A DNA stretch of 35,589 nt from Malacoraja senta (GCA_038087875.1 JAXLNO010000368.1:1-35589); one strand, 5' to 3'; counted from the first letter of the stretch, positions 1 through 11,337 are shown. Notes: generated by a model from the letters alone, not told the origin. Numbers and translations are program-made.

Positions 1-1045
1 ATGCTTACTTTCATTGACCAATGAACAAGGACACCCAGATCCCATTGTACTTCCCCTTTTCCCAACTTGACGCTATTTAGATAGTAATCTGCCTTCCTGT
101 TTTTGCTACCAAAGTGGATAACCTCACATTTATCCACATTAAACTGCATCTGCCAAGCATCTGCCCACTTCCCCAACCTGTCCACGTTACCCTGCATTCT
201 CATAGCAACCTCCTCACAGTTCACACTACCACCCAGCTTTGTGTCATCTGCAAATTTGCTAATGTTACTTTGAATCCCTTCATCTATATAATTGATGTAT
301 ATTGTAAATAGCTGCGGTCCCAGCACCGAGCCTTGCGGTACCCCACTAGTCACTGCCCGCCATTCTGAAAGGGACCCGTTAATCCCTACTCTTTGTTTGC
401 TGTCTGCCAACCACTTCTCTATCCATGTCAGCACTCTACCCAGGGCCAATACCATGTGCCCTAATTTTGCCCACTAATCTCCTATGTGGGACCTTATCAA
501 ATGTTTTTTAAAGTCCAGGTACACTATATCTACTGGCTCTCCCTTAGTTGATTTTCCTAGTTACATCCTCAAAAAATTCCAGAAGTTTGGCCAAGCATGA
601 TTTCCCCTTCGTAAATCCATGCTGACTCGGACCGATCCCGTTACTGCTATACAAATATGCCGCTATTTCATCTTTTATAATTGACTCCAGCATGTTCATC
701 AACACTGATGTCAGGCTAACTGTTCTATCATTCCCTGTTTTCGTTGTCCCGTCTTTCTTAAAAAGTGGGATAATATTAGCTACCCTGTAAGTTAAGAGAG
801 AGTTAGATAGAGCTCTAGGGTCTAGTGGAGTCAAGGGATATGGGGAGAAGGCAGGCACGGGTTATTGATAGGGGACGATCAGCCATGACCACAATGAATG
901 GCGGTGCTGGCTCGAAGGGCCGAATGGGCTCCTGCACCTATTTTCTATGTTTCTATATTAATCCACAGGAGCTGATCCTGAATCTATAGAACATTGGAAA
1001 ATTATCACCAATGCATCCACGATTTCTAGAACCACTTCCTTAGAA
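1..1045 (-). mobile_element. CR1-clade LINE ORF2 (reverse transcriptase) fragment, interrupted at ~808-955
   Basis: Minus-strand translation gives CR1-type RT segments: KFADDTKLGG near 230-260, QHGFTKGKSCL, ANIIPLFKK, and EVVLEIVDALVIIFQCSIDSG...VD at 958-1045. The VD|RVANIIP junction is split by an insert. Frameshifts and stops are present. Confidence 0.9.
808..955 (+). mobile_element. CR1/HER1-like LINE 3' tail inserted into the CR1 ORF2 fragment
   Basis: Sequence gagagagttagat...gatcagccatga...gaagggccgaatgg...ctcctgcacctattttctatg recurs at 10613-10790, 27605-27720 and, inverted, at 26648-26800. Confidence 0.8.
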
Positions 1046-1320
1046 GAGAGGCGAGCAGAAGAGAGACGGGGTGGAGAACAGCGGGGAGGAGGGGAGGGGA
1101 GAGTGTTAGAGAGAGGAGGAGAGTAGGGGAGAGAAGAGTGGAGGGGGGGCAAGAGGAGTGGTGAGGAGAGGGGAGAGGAGAGGTGATGGGGAGAGGAGAG
1201 GGAGCAGAGGAGGGGAGGAGAGGAGGAGAGGGGAAGAAAAGAGGAGATGTGGGGATGAGGAGAGGCGAGGCGAGGGGAGGGGAAGGGAGGGGGGAGAGGA
1301 AAGGAGAGGAGAGAACAATC
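1045..1320 (+). repeat. Purine-rich low-complexity tract (GGAGA/GGGGA-like)
   Basis: About 275 bp of almost only G and A. It accounts for the Pro/Leu/Ser and Arg/Gly/Glu ORFs in the track. Confidence 0.95.
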
Positions 1321-1577
1321 TCTCGCCTCCACTATATTAGTTATCTTTAGTGCTGGATTTGAGGGGAGGGGGAGAGAGAAGCGGGGAAGTGAGGAGATTT
1401 ACCCTGGAACACAAAACAATTCTGCCAGGTTTTAACACTCTGGCCAAGCAACAAACAGCAGAGTAACTGTCTTGCAACAGTATTTACATTATTTACAATC
1501 GCTTTGCAGCAATCCAATCAAATTCATGCATTTACAATACATTGGAGTTCCTCTGCAAGATTCTCATACATACTAAA

Positions 1578-1870
1578 ATCCCCGTCTCACTGTGCGAGCT
1601 GACCCACGAGGTACCCCGAGTTTAAAACAAATTTAAATCGTGGTAATCACGTACAATTAACGTAGCGGGAACGTGTGAACTCCATGGACGCAACTTAGCG
1701 ACTCTTGGCGCTAACGGGAGGTACCCGTGAAACTTGTTCACTCTTGAAAAGGTTCAAAAATGTTTGAACTTTTCCACGAGTAAAATGTACTCTTGTGGTT
1801 AAAAATTGAAACATTTAAACTCGTTGTAAGAACGTAGTGGCCCGTGCGTTTAACTTTGTGACTCGTGATT
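1578..1870. mobile_element. Probable MITE remnant with central hairpin (possibly Harbinger-like)
   Basis: CpG-rich island in AT-rich DNA with inverted repeat gaaaaggttcaaa-aatg-tttgaacttttc near 1747-1775 and internal direct repeats (tttaaa..tcgt.gtaa..acgta). Superfamily assignment is from recalled resemblance only. Confidence 0.4.
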
Positions 1871-2315
1871 CTACCGTGGGAACTCTTTTTAGAAACAATA
1901 ATCAGACACAGAAATATCAGTTTTACACTAGGATAACAAGGGTGAAAATAACCTTGAGGACCAACAACTCAGCTTCTGTCTGGACACGTTGCAGCCTTTC
2001 AAACTCAATTCCACATTCAACAAGTTGCATTCCCTGTCGATAAAATAACTGGTCCTTTCAACTGTTAAGTTGAAGACAGAAAGAACAGATGCAAGAAGTA
2101 GGAAGCAGGATCCCAAGCTGAAAGATTACATAAGTCTTCCAGATGCTGCCTGAGGCACTGAGTTACACCTGCACGTTTTTTTTTTTTTTTAAATTACAGT
2201 TAAGTTATCCACCTGCAAAATCATGACAGCCTGACCTACTTGAGTACTGCAGTATGTGCTGCATTTTATATAACTCTGTTTAGTTTCATTCATGCAGAGA
2301 TGCAGTGAAATGGTT

Positions 2316-2405
2316 TGGATGGAACAGCAGATGCTGGACACCCCGTCCCTTCTCTCCAGAGATGCTGCCTGTCCCGCTGAGTTACTCCAGCTTTTTGTGT
2401 CTATC
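2316..2405 (+). mobile_element. 90-bp Penelope-like 3' tail fragment flanked by a 15-bp direct repeat
   Basis: TGCAGTGAAATGGTT at 2301-2315 and 2406-2420. The core ttctctccagagatgctgcctgtcccgctgagttactccagc is shared with copies at ~3530, ~8030 and ~35520. Confidence 0.75.
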
Positions 2406-3074
2406 TGCAGTGAAATGGTTGTTCTGCATTCTCCCCAGTCAAGTCATACTGTACATAAGTACAATTCGTCCTCTTCTGGAAAAGCACGCAGAGATCCACC
2501 ACATTCCAGGACTGTCTTGCAGCTTTCAAGTCTCTGAGAAGTCTGATTTTACCCTAAGGAAATACCCAATTTCTAATATTCTCATGTTAAGGCCCAGTGT
2601 CATAACAGCACTGGATTGATGAAGTAGAGGCGCCTGCCTCAGTTAAAGTTTTTCTGTTTCAAGATTGTGACCAAACCCTCGTCACTGGAACTGTGCCGCA
2701 GTGCAACCTCATTACGTATCAGTCCCAATTATCTTTCAACATGCTGGAATCACTTGTTTTTTTAATCCTTTTTAGACATTTTTCATGAATTGTTCAGCAT
2801 AAACAGTTATGCTACAACAAAGTTAAGCGCAGCTACCACTTAGTTCCAGAGACGTAACAACACAAGAGATAGTGTTGGAAGAATGATCAAACGCACACAT
2901 AGTGGTTATTAGTAACTTTGCAGTGGAAACACAAGGTGCTTTCTTCTCAGCATGCTTACTACCAGTCTACCAGAGAGAGAGAGAGCTGTCTAATAAGCCT
3001 GTGGGCGGAGCCACAGTATGAGTGACACTAATCTACAGATAGGCACAGGGATAAGTTTCGGTTTATTATTGTCA

Positions 3075-3347
3075 CGTTTAGTTTCGAGGTACAGCATGGA
3101 AATAGGCCTTTTGGCCAACTGAACCTGCTGACTAACGACCACCCAAATATTAGTTCTACCCTACACACTAGGGACAATTTACAGAAGCCAAAAAACTTAC
3201 AAACCTGCACGTCTTTGAATGTGACGGAACTGTAGTACCCGGAGATAACTCACATGGTCACAGAGAGAATATATGAACTCTATATAGACAGCACCCATTG
3301 TCAGGATTGAACTTTGGTCTGTGGTACTGTCAGGCAGCAACTTTCCA
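3075..3347 (-). mobile_element. tRNA-derived V-SINE (HE1-like), diverged
   Basis: Inverted relative to the copy at 10321-10612. tRNA-like head near 3300-3347, V-domain-like core, CR1-like tail. Confidence 0.7.
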
Positions 3348-3489
3348 GGTACATTTCCATGATATCCAATTGGATGAGATAACAATATACATATATATGA
3401 TCAAGTCAATTGAAGTACTATAGGTAGAGCAAAGGGGAAGGTACATAGTGTGGCATATAGTTCTCAGCAATGTAGCACACCAGTTCCAT

Positions 3490-3615
3490 TAGATAAGGGT
3501 TTCGACACAAAACGTGACACATTCCTTCTCTCCAGAGATGCTGCCGGACCCGTTGAGTTACTCTAGCATTTTGTGTCTATCTGCAGTTCAACCAGCATCT
3601 ACAGTTCCTTCCTGC
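3490..3615 (+). mobile_element. Penelope-like element 3' tail fragment with degenerate hammerhead motif
   Basis: aagggtttcgacacaaaacgtga followed by cattccttctctccagagatgctgcc...tgtgtctatc. Confidence 0.6.
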
Positions 3616-4099
3616 ATAGTTCCATAAACAAAGTCCACTGTCTGTAATGGGGTAGTGGTCAATTGGACAGTACCCTAGCTTATGGAACGATCATTCAGAA
3701 GCCTGGTTTTCTCCTCAGTTATCAAGTTTCCGAGTAAGCCATTTGGTCCTCTAACCTGCCCACCATTCAATATGACCATGGCTGAAGTTCCTCAGGCATC
3801 AACTCCTGTTCGGTGCCAGTTCTTCATTGCACTCAATTCTCCAATTTTTCAAAAGTTTAACTACCGCCATATTAAATGCTTCCAATGATTTTGTCTTCAC
3901 AAATCTCTGGCGCCAGAGAATGACCACACTCTGCAAAAAGAGATTTTGTAAACAAATGACTGGTCTCTTTTATCTCTTATTGAAGAGGAGTGAAAATACT
4001 ACCAATTTTAAGCTTGCCCCTCCCGAATTGGCCCTCATTTCGTAACTTGTCAATTATTTATTATTGTCAATAATGTGCCCTAGTGAAAAGATTTGCCGT

Positions 4100-4500
4100 T
4101 GGTATTAGTTTATTATTGTCACGTGAACTGAGATATAGTCAAAAGTTTATCTGTATGTTATCCAATCAGATCATACTACACCTGTGCAATCAAGCCATCC
4201 ACAAGTAGATCAGTGCAAAGAGAAAAATATTCAGAGTGCATAATATCGGGTTACAATATCAGCATTACAGTTACAGAGAAAGTGCAGATCAAAAAGAGTT
4301 GCAAGGATCACAATGAGATTGGTTGGAAGATCAGGGCAACATCTTATCTTACAGGAGAATCATTCAGTAGTCCAATAACAGCGGGGAAGAAGCTGTTCCT
4401 GAATTTAATGGTACGTACTTTCAAACTTTCTTGTGTACTGTCTTAACAGGGAGCGTGCGATCCCTTTTAAACCACGTGGTTGGTTGATGGTGACGAAAGA
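4100..4500 (-). mobile_element. Rex1/Babar-like LINE 3' fragment
   Basis: gggaagaagctgttcctgaat...gtactttcaaac reads on the minus strand as the C-terminal xKxRTxxFRNSFFP-like end of Rex1-type ORF2; tail tttattattgtcac. Confidence 0.6.
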
Positions 4501-4618
4501 GGCAAAATGGGGCAGATATAGACAGTAACTTGGTGGTTGTAGTAGACTGAAGAATATTTTGTGATGGGTGACTGCACGTTTTACTGAAGATGAAAATAAC
4601 CAACTTACTGTCTTGTAG

Positions 4619-4885
4619 TTTCCCCTGAGGTCACTGTAGCTGCCCGCCCTGATGATCATTCAGTACTGTACTGCACTGTGTTTGGATTTTACCCACCGGC
4701 CATCAAAGTCAGCTAGTTGCAGAATGGTCAACATGTCTCTGAGACGAAATCTTCTGGGGTCGTACCCAACAACGATGGAACATATCATCTAAGGTCTGTC
4801 CTTGAGTATGATCCGTATGATAAGAAACAGTATTCCTGTCATGTCGATCACAGCAACCTGCCCGGTGGGAAGACCATCATCTGGG
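4619..4885 (+). pseudogene. MHC class I-like alpha3 (Ig C1-set) exon with in-frame nonsense codon
   Basis: AG at 4617-4618 and GTAAG at 4886; 267 bp, phase 1/1. Encodes (V)SPEVTVAARPDDHSVLYCTVFGFYPPAIKVS*LQNGQHVSETKSSGVVPNNDGTYHLRSVLEYDPYDKKQYSCHVDHSNLPGGKTIIW, with class I alpha3 motifs C-x3-GFYP, PNxDGTY and YSCHVDH. TAG at 4714-4716 replaces the conserved Trp. Confidence 0.9.
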
Positions 4886-4960
4886 GTAAGAACGTTAAAT
4901 ATTCTTTCATAGATAATCATTATCTTCTGTTGTTTCCATTTTAATCATTGTGACTACATC

Positions 4961-5999
4961 TAGGTATGTTACAAAACTTACCTCCAGCGGCGCTGCAGTT
5001 CTGTCACTGCCCGTGTGCGTGACTTTGGCGCCTTTGAGAGGGGGGCGGGTTTATAATGCGATATTTCGGCAGCCTGTTCTAAACGATCTTGAACAGGCTA
5101 AATAGTTGATGAAGAAAAATCGCTTTGACTGCCGTTTTATTAAGTTTATTAATATTAGCGCTTTATAATTTAATTGATGGAGTAAAATTAAAATCATCTT
5201 CAAATGCCGTAAACGCCGGCAACGGGGACGGATTTCACGCATGGGACAAGGCAAGGTACACTATTTATTTTTTCATATAAACTTGCTTCTTAGGATGCCT
5301 TTAATAACAATTTCAAGTTGCGAAAATGTGATTGTTTAAATATACCAACCGGCTGTATTTTTTCTGCCGATATTGGGGTTTAATTCAGTGCAACCGCAGC
5401 GTTCCAAACCAGCGCGTTCCACAAAATCCCACTCGCAAGATGATTTAAATGGCCATTAATTTACAGGAATTAAACACTAAATTCCTTCCATTTGGCCTAT
5501 AAATTAATGATAATGAGATTTAAAAATAATGTTATATTGTGAATTCTTGTGTGAATGTTATTTGGACACAGGCTTTTTTTAAATGTTAACTTTTTCTTAA
5601 GAAATGGATAGATATTTAGATCTAGTAATTGAATTTTGTAATTAGCTACAATTGGGTAACTAACTAATTATATGCTTTAATTTCAGGTCATCCAAGTAAG
5701 ATTGTTTCATATTTGTTTCAGAATGCTTCAATGTTTAATAACTGAAAATGTCATTATGTTCTCTTAATTTTTAAGAAAGTTATGGGCTTTTGACTGTCCT
5801 TGATCACAGCTTTTGTGTTAAGTCAATGGAAAAGCAATAGGGAGCAAGATGCTAATTTCCGAGTATGAAAATGGCCAAACTTTTTTAATACAGAAAATAT
5901 GAAAGTGAATTAGGTGTCAAATTAAACTTCTTTTTATGCTTTATCTGATGGGATAAATTGCAGACTTGATTTTTAAAATCTCAAAATTTTGTGACATTG
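4961..5999. mobile_element. ~1 kb non-autonomous DNA transposon (MITE) in the alpha3-TM intron
   Basis: Imperfect TIRs gtatgttacaaaa (4964-4976) and ttttgtgacattgc (5987-6000), flanked by the direct repeat CTACATC (4954-4960, 6000-6006). GC-rich left part, AT-rich interior, no coding capacity. Confidence 0.6.
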
Positions 6000-6294
6000 C
6001 TACATCCCATGTAGTACATCCCATATTCCAAGATGCTTAAACTTTCTTTGTTTAGTGGTGTTGCTCTAAGTAATCACGTAATCAGCACCCACTCTCCACA
6101 TGAGCAGAAGACTTTGTCAACAGAAAATTTATTAAAAGTAAGTAAATAAATAACTAATATACAAGAAAGGAGTATTTGGGATTCTCAGTGGTGGAACTGA
6201 TATCCATGAAAGGTATGTTTAAATAAAAAATGAATCTTTCCTCATGATGTGATTAACAGCAAGGCACTGGGGGAGTACATGCCCCAATCTGAAT

Positions 6295-6960
6295 CAATAG
6301 TCTGAAGTGGAAAAGATTGAGAGCTTCGTGTTCCTTGGCATGAATTTATCCAATATTCGGTCATGGACTGGCCACATAGCCAAGGAGGCACACCAACACA
6401 TCTACTTCCTCAGGAGACTGAGGATATTCATCATGTCTCTGGTGACTCCAGCAAACGTCTATAGATGCCGCTAGAGAAAGCATGTTGTTGGGTTGCATCG
6501 CATCTTGAATTGGGAACTGCACTGCCCAAGACTGCAAGAATATACAAAGAGTTAAAGATCATCACACAGCCCAGACTTCCCACTATTGACCCAATCTACA
6601 CCAGGTTGCCTTGGAAAACGAGACTTATCCCACGTTCCCACGTTCCTCCTTCCTGCTCCCATCAGGCAATAGGTACTGAAAGTTGAAAATAAGCACTGCC
6701 AGACTCAGAAACACACCATTTCCACCTGTTAACAGGCTTCGGAAGGGTCCTTCCATAATGTAGGTTTAATGCCCGATTCACCTCAACCTCGTTGAACATT
6801 GAACATTGTCCATGGAACTGATGTGTTACAATGCTGAGAATGTACTCTGTATCCTCCTCTTTGCTCTATCTATTATTTTTGAGTTTTTTATTTATCTATA
6901 GTATTATCTAATTTGTTTGGATAGCATACAAAACAAACCTTTGCACTGTATCTTGAAACA
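6295..6960 (+). mobile_element. Rex1/Babar-like LINE RT C-terminus and 3' UTR, decayed
   Basis: Translates as EKIESFVFLG...AKEAHQHIYFLRRLR, typical of the Rex1-type RT end; many disruptions. Confidence 0.7.
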
Positions 6961-7858
6961 TCTGACATTAATGAAACTAAACCTAATGAAGTAAGTTCCC
7001 TGACGCAAGTTACAGGTTCAGCAACGAAAAATATAACTGCCTGACAAACAGCGATCGTAGTAGTTCGATTCCAGGTATGCTGCACTAGCCTACACAAATG
7101 TTCACTTTTGAAGATTCCCTCGAACAATGCACAAATAAGGAATCTGATGTTTCACTCTGAAGACTGTTGACATACTCCAGAACTTAATTTCCAACCTATC
7201 TATATATCATCAGCAATCTAGGCTACAGCGCCACCAGTCCCTTCATCTGCTCTTAATACTAACGATAAGTAGTTCACTTTCTTGCATTGATTCCCATCCT
7301 GCAGTTGCAGTTTCCCAACCTGAACACTCCTTTAAGACAAATCTCTGCTTGCTCTTAATTGTTTTTCCATTCATGCTAATTATTACCCCCAATGTCATAA
7401 GCCATGTGCCTTTGCATCACTTGATCAGATATCTTATGAAAATCCAGATATTGTGGCGACATCTGGTGGTCAGGCCACTTATTGCTAGAACCCATGTCAG
7501 GGGAGCTGGGACTATCACGTGACAGGGATTTGGTGGGAGTTGGTGATGAGTTAATCGCCAGTCAACTGGTGTGCCCGATCACAACGGCAGGAACTTTGCT
7601 CAAGTCCTTACTAAACGCGAGTGGGCCGAAACTGTATTTCTTTAAAAAAAACATTGATTTGTTCACGACGCTTGGATCTCTACAATATATTGTATTTCTT
7701 TTGTTTCTCATTCCAATTTTGTTACCTATTCTGCTTTGCCATCATTTTGTTTTTGAATTTTAGGCTGTGCACACCTGCAAACTACTGCTGCTCGAATATA
7801 CATTGTCTACGGGTTCCTGTTGCATTTTCAACGAATTCTAATCAATTTCTCAAACAAA

Positions 7859-8090
7859 GTTTGAAGAAGGGTCCGTAAACGAAATGTCACCTGTCCATGT
7901 GTAGGGAGAAACTGCAAATGATGGTTTACACTGAAGATGGATACAAATTGCTGGAATAACTCAGCTGGTCAGGCAGCATTTCTGGAGAAAAAGAATAGGT
8001 GATGTTTCGGGTCACGATCCTTCTGACTGAGTCCATGTTCGCCAGAGAAGTTGCCTATTCCGCTGAGTTACTCCAGCATTTTGTGTCTAT
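7859..8090. mobile_element. Cluster of Penelope-like tail fragments in both orientations
   Basis: + strand hammerhead-like ttgaagaagggtcc...gaaatgtcac (7861-7890), inverted tail ~7900-8030, then + strand tail ~8030-8090. Confidence 0.6.
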
Positions 8091-8489
8091 CATGTATATT
8101 ATTTCCACTGACTGGTTAGCATGAAACCAAAGCTGTTCACTGTACCACAGCACTCGTGACAATAAACTAAACTAAAGCTTTTGTGTAAATCAGTATCTGC
8201 ATATCTTTCTTTCTACATTTTCCTGTTAATGCCCTGTTAATGCACTTTATTGTTTTGTTATTACTCAAATGTTCTGCCATTACTGAAAGGAATCCAGCAT
8301 TTTCCCCAAAACAGATGTTAGTTTATATAGGGTTAAAGCTTTCTGCTTTCAATTCACCTTCTTTCATGAATTAAGTTGTGGCTGTGATGGTACCATAGAT
8401 CATAGAGTTGTACAGAACAGATATTGTCCCTTTGCCATGTTGCAGAACTCCATGATTCAAAACAACATAATTATATCTGTTGAAAAGCG

Positions 8490-8602
8490 CCAAAGATAGA
8501 CACAAAATGCAGGAATAACTCAGCGGTCAGGTAGCATCTCTGGAGAAAAGGAATAGGTGGCATTTCGGGTCGAGACCCTTATTCACCCTGAAGTCTTCAG
8601 AC
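8490..8602 (-). mobile_element. Penelope-like tail with near-intact hammerhead stem II
   Basis: Reverse complement of 8559-8586 is GTGAATAAGGGTCTCGACCCGAAATGCC, followed by acctattccttttctccagagatgct. Confidence 0.65.
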
Positions 8603-8669
8603 AGTGCCAATCTATTTAGCTGCACAGCTTACCAATTGATTTGTAAAATTATGCATTCTTATTTTTCAG

Positions 8670-8777
8670 AAGGAAATAGGAAGAAAGACAGGCACATAGG
8701 CCTTATTGCCGTGTGTGTGCTGATATTGCTGGCTATTGTCTTGGCAGTAATTGTTTGGTGGAGAAAAAAGAGGAGAG
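8670..8777 (+). CDS. Transmembrane exon of the MHC class I-like gene
   Basis: Acceptor ttcttatttttcag (AG 8668-8669) and donor GTAAG at 8778; 108 bp, phase 1/1, in frame with the alpha3 exon. Encodes (E)GNRKKDRHIGLIAVCVLILLAIVLAVIVWWRKKRR: a hydrophobic helix plus basic stop-transfer, lacking the class II GxxGxxxG pattern. Confidence 0.88.
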
Positions 8778-9149
8778 GTAAGATGGAAAAATTGTGATGA
8801 ACTGTTGCTAGTAAAGGTATTGGGCTTGAAGAAATGATCGATCTCAAGTAGGATAAGGCAGCAGCTACACCTGAAATGCCTCGACAGTCACCACAGTCAA
8901 CTAGCCGTTGTGATGTTGTTAAATGTTTCTGATGATCAGATATTTGAAAATTGTGAATTCAGTGTAAAAAAAAGTTAAACATTATGGATTCACTGCACCA
9001 AATCCTAGAAATATCAATGAGTCATTAAAAAGTACAGCATGGGGGCAGTCCTTTCGGCCCACCGTGTCCATGCCAATCGCCAACCAACTGTTCATGATCC
9101 AAGTCAGCTATGAGGCAGATTGGTTACAGTTTAACATTTACTAGTTTTC

Positions 9150-9445
9150 TTTAGTTTAATTTAGAGATGCAGTGACGAAACAGGCCCTTCGGCCCATGGA
9201 GTCTGCGCTGACCAGTGACCCCGCACATTAACACTATCCTATACACACACACCATGCCAATTAACTTACATACCTGTATATCTTTGGAGTGTGGGAGGAA
9301 ACCTTAGATCTCGGAGAAAACCCACGCGGTCATGAGGAGAACGTACAAATTCTGTACAATCAGCATCAGTGGTCGGGATCGAACCCGAGTCTCCAGCGCT
9401 GCAAGCGCTGTAAGGCAGCAACTCTACCGCTGTGCCATCGTGGCC
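9150..9445 (-). mobile_element. tRNA-derived V-SINE (HE1-like)
   Basis: Minus strand reads gatggcacagcggtagagttgctg (A-box-like)...ggttcgatccc (B-box)...gtgggttttctccgag..ggtttcctcccacactcc (V domain), then a CR1-like tail. Confidence 0.85.
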
Positions 9446-9589
9446 ACAGTTACTGGAAGACTCAAAATTAAGTGGTGTTGGGAAAAATGGTTCAAGGTTG
9501 AAAGTCGAATGAATGAGCAACAACATGACAGGTGGACTACAATGTGAAACAGGGCAGCACAGAGTCAGAGACCTGAATTAAATTCCAAC

Positions 9590-9830
9590 ATCTGTGGAGT
9601 TTGCATGTTGTTCCTGTGGCCAAGTGGTTTCCCCAGGTGCTCTGGTTTCCTCCCACATCCCCAAAACATTGTTTGGTAGGTTAGTTGTCCCCTAGATTGT
9701 GCATGATACAATTTGGGGAGAGCTGATGAGAATGTGGGACAAATGTAGGATTAGTGTACATGAATGGTTGGTGCAGGTCAGTGGGACAAAGGCCATGTTT
9801 GTATGCTGCATATTTCCATGACTCTTTATG
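9590..9830 (+). mobile_element. 5'-truncated V-SINE
   Basis: ggagtttgcatgttg...ggtgctctggtttcctcccacatcc V-domain core. Confidence 0.7.
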
Positions 9831-10320
9831 ATGTAGAAAGATGATGACTATTTTTGATTTATAAGATTGGGAAAGACTGTGAGGGACAGTGCTATAGTAA
9901 CTCAGCAGGTCAGGCAACATCCCTGGAGACCATGGATATGTGACAATCTGGTTCGAGACTCTTCAGGCAAATTACAATGGTTATTCCTCCGCTTAAGTCT
10001 GATAGTAGTGTACAGATGCACCTCAACCACTGACTTGCTCAACAAGTGCTTAAATTAGTTGAATTAAAGTATGTTTGGAGTAACATGCAGCAGTCCTTAA
10101 CATCTACCATTTCCCAAATCCCAAGAGAGCTGGATGATCAGGGTTTTAGTGTAAATTCAGTCATCTATATCACTGGTTTCTTGTCTGTGATCATACTGTT
10201 GTAAGATATATTCTGGTAATGAATTGCAGTTCACTTTCCTCCTGTGTAAAGGAGTTATTGTGTTGAATATAACAAGTGGAATGGAAAGTCAGTGTAGGAT
10301 TTAGAGTTTGTACGTAATGC

Positions 10321-10612
10321 AGCATGGTAGTGCAGCTGGTAGAACTGCTGTCTCACAACGCCAGAGACCCAGGTTCAATCTGGACCTCGGGTACTGTCTA
10401 CGCGGAGTTTGCACATTCTCTTGTGACTATGTGAGCTTCCTCAGGGAGCTCCGGTCTCCTCCCATATCCCAAAGATGAGCAGGTGTGCAGGTAATCATCC
10501 TCGGTAAGTCACCCTGACAGTGTAGGGGGTGGATGGGAATCTATTATGAATGGGCGATTGCTGGTTAGTATGGATTTGGTGGCACAAATGGCCTGTTTAC
10601 ACACTGTATCAC
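10321..10612 (+). mobile_element. tRNA-derived V-SINE (HE1-like)
   Basis: tggtagtgcagctggtaga A-box-like, ggttcaatc B-box-like, gagtttgcacattctc...ctccggtctcctccca V domain. Confidence 0.8.
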
Positions 10613-10790
10613 TGTTTTCAAGAGAGAGTTAGATTTAGCTCTTAGGGCTAAGGGAGTCAAGGGATATGGGGGGAAAGCCAGAACGGAGTATTAATTTTGG
10701 ATGATCAGCCATGATTGTATTGAATGGCGGTGCTTGCTCAACGGGCCGAATAGCCTATTCCTGCACTTATTTTGTTATGTTTCTATCTTT
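10613..10790 (+). mobile_element. CR1/HER1-like 3' tail
   Basis: Homologous to 808-955. Confidence 0.8.
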
Positions 10791-11337
10791 CTATTAAATA
10801 AACTAAATTGGAAGACAGAAGGTATTGACTGATGCATCTTCACGCCAGCTGTCAATGTCATAAACTGTGAGAATTGATTGCCAATGTTATACAATATTAT
10901 AAACTAAACTGGGTGATCAAAATGACAAGATGGATGAAGAGCAGAGTTTTCATTGGAATAACAGACGTGCAGCTTTCTCGAGCACTTGGCCTTGGTTGTG
11001 TAATATTTCCTCTTCAAAATACAATGTTCCCTGGCATTGCTGGTCTGAGACACCATTCAGCAAGTATATTTCCTGAAACGGAGGTTCTGCTTTCATGGTA
11101 TCAAGATGCCTAACAGCTCCAGCACCCAGATCAGAACCTTGCCAAAACTAAGAATGCAGCAACAATTAGTCATTGAACATCAACGACATGCATATTTGAA
11201 CTGAGGCAATCGTTAGCTTATTATCACTGTAAACCAGTCGTGGTCATGGGTCTGCCATTGTGGTCACTATTAGCGAGGGTGATTAACTATCATTTAGCAG
11301 TGAAACGGAAAAGAATTGGCTTTTCAAGCCCACGGAG

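Noticed and set aside
958-1340. Pro/Leu/Ser-rich and Arg/Gly/Glu-rich ORFs
   Set aside because: Translations of the purine-rich low-complexity tract; only the last ~30 codons of 958..1332 are CR1-derived.
4717-4944. Stand-alone 75-aa ORF, or class II beta2 / beta2-microglobulin assignment
   Set aside because: The ORF is just the part of the alpha3 exon after the stop, read into the intron. The PNNDGTY motif, a separate TM exon, and a TM lacking the class II glycine pattern favour class I heavy chain.
9150-10612. tRNA genes
   Set aside because: The A/B-box-like heads continue into V-domain and LINE-like tails, so they are SINEs, not tRNAs.
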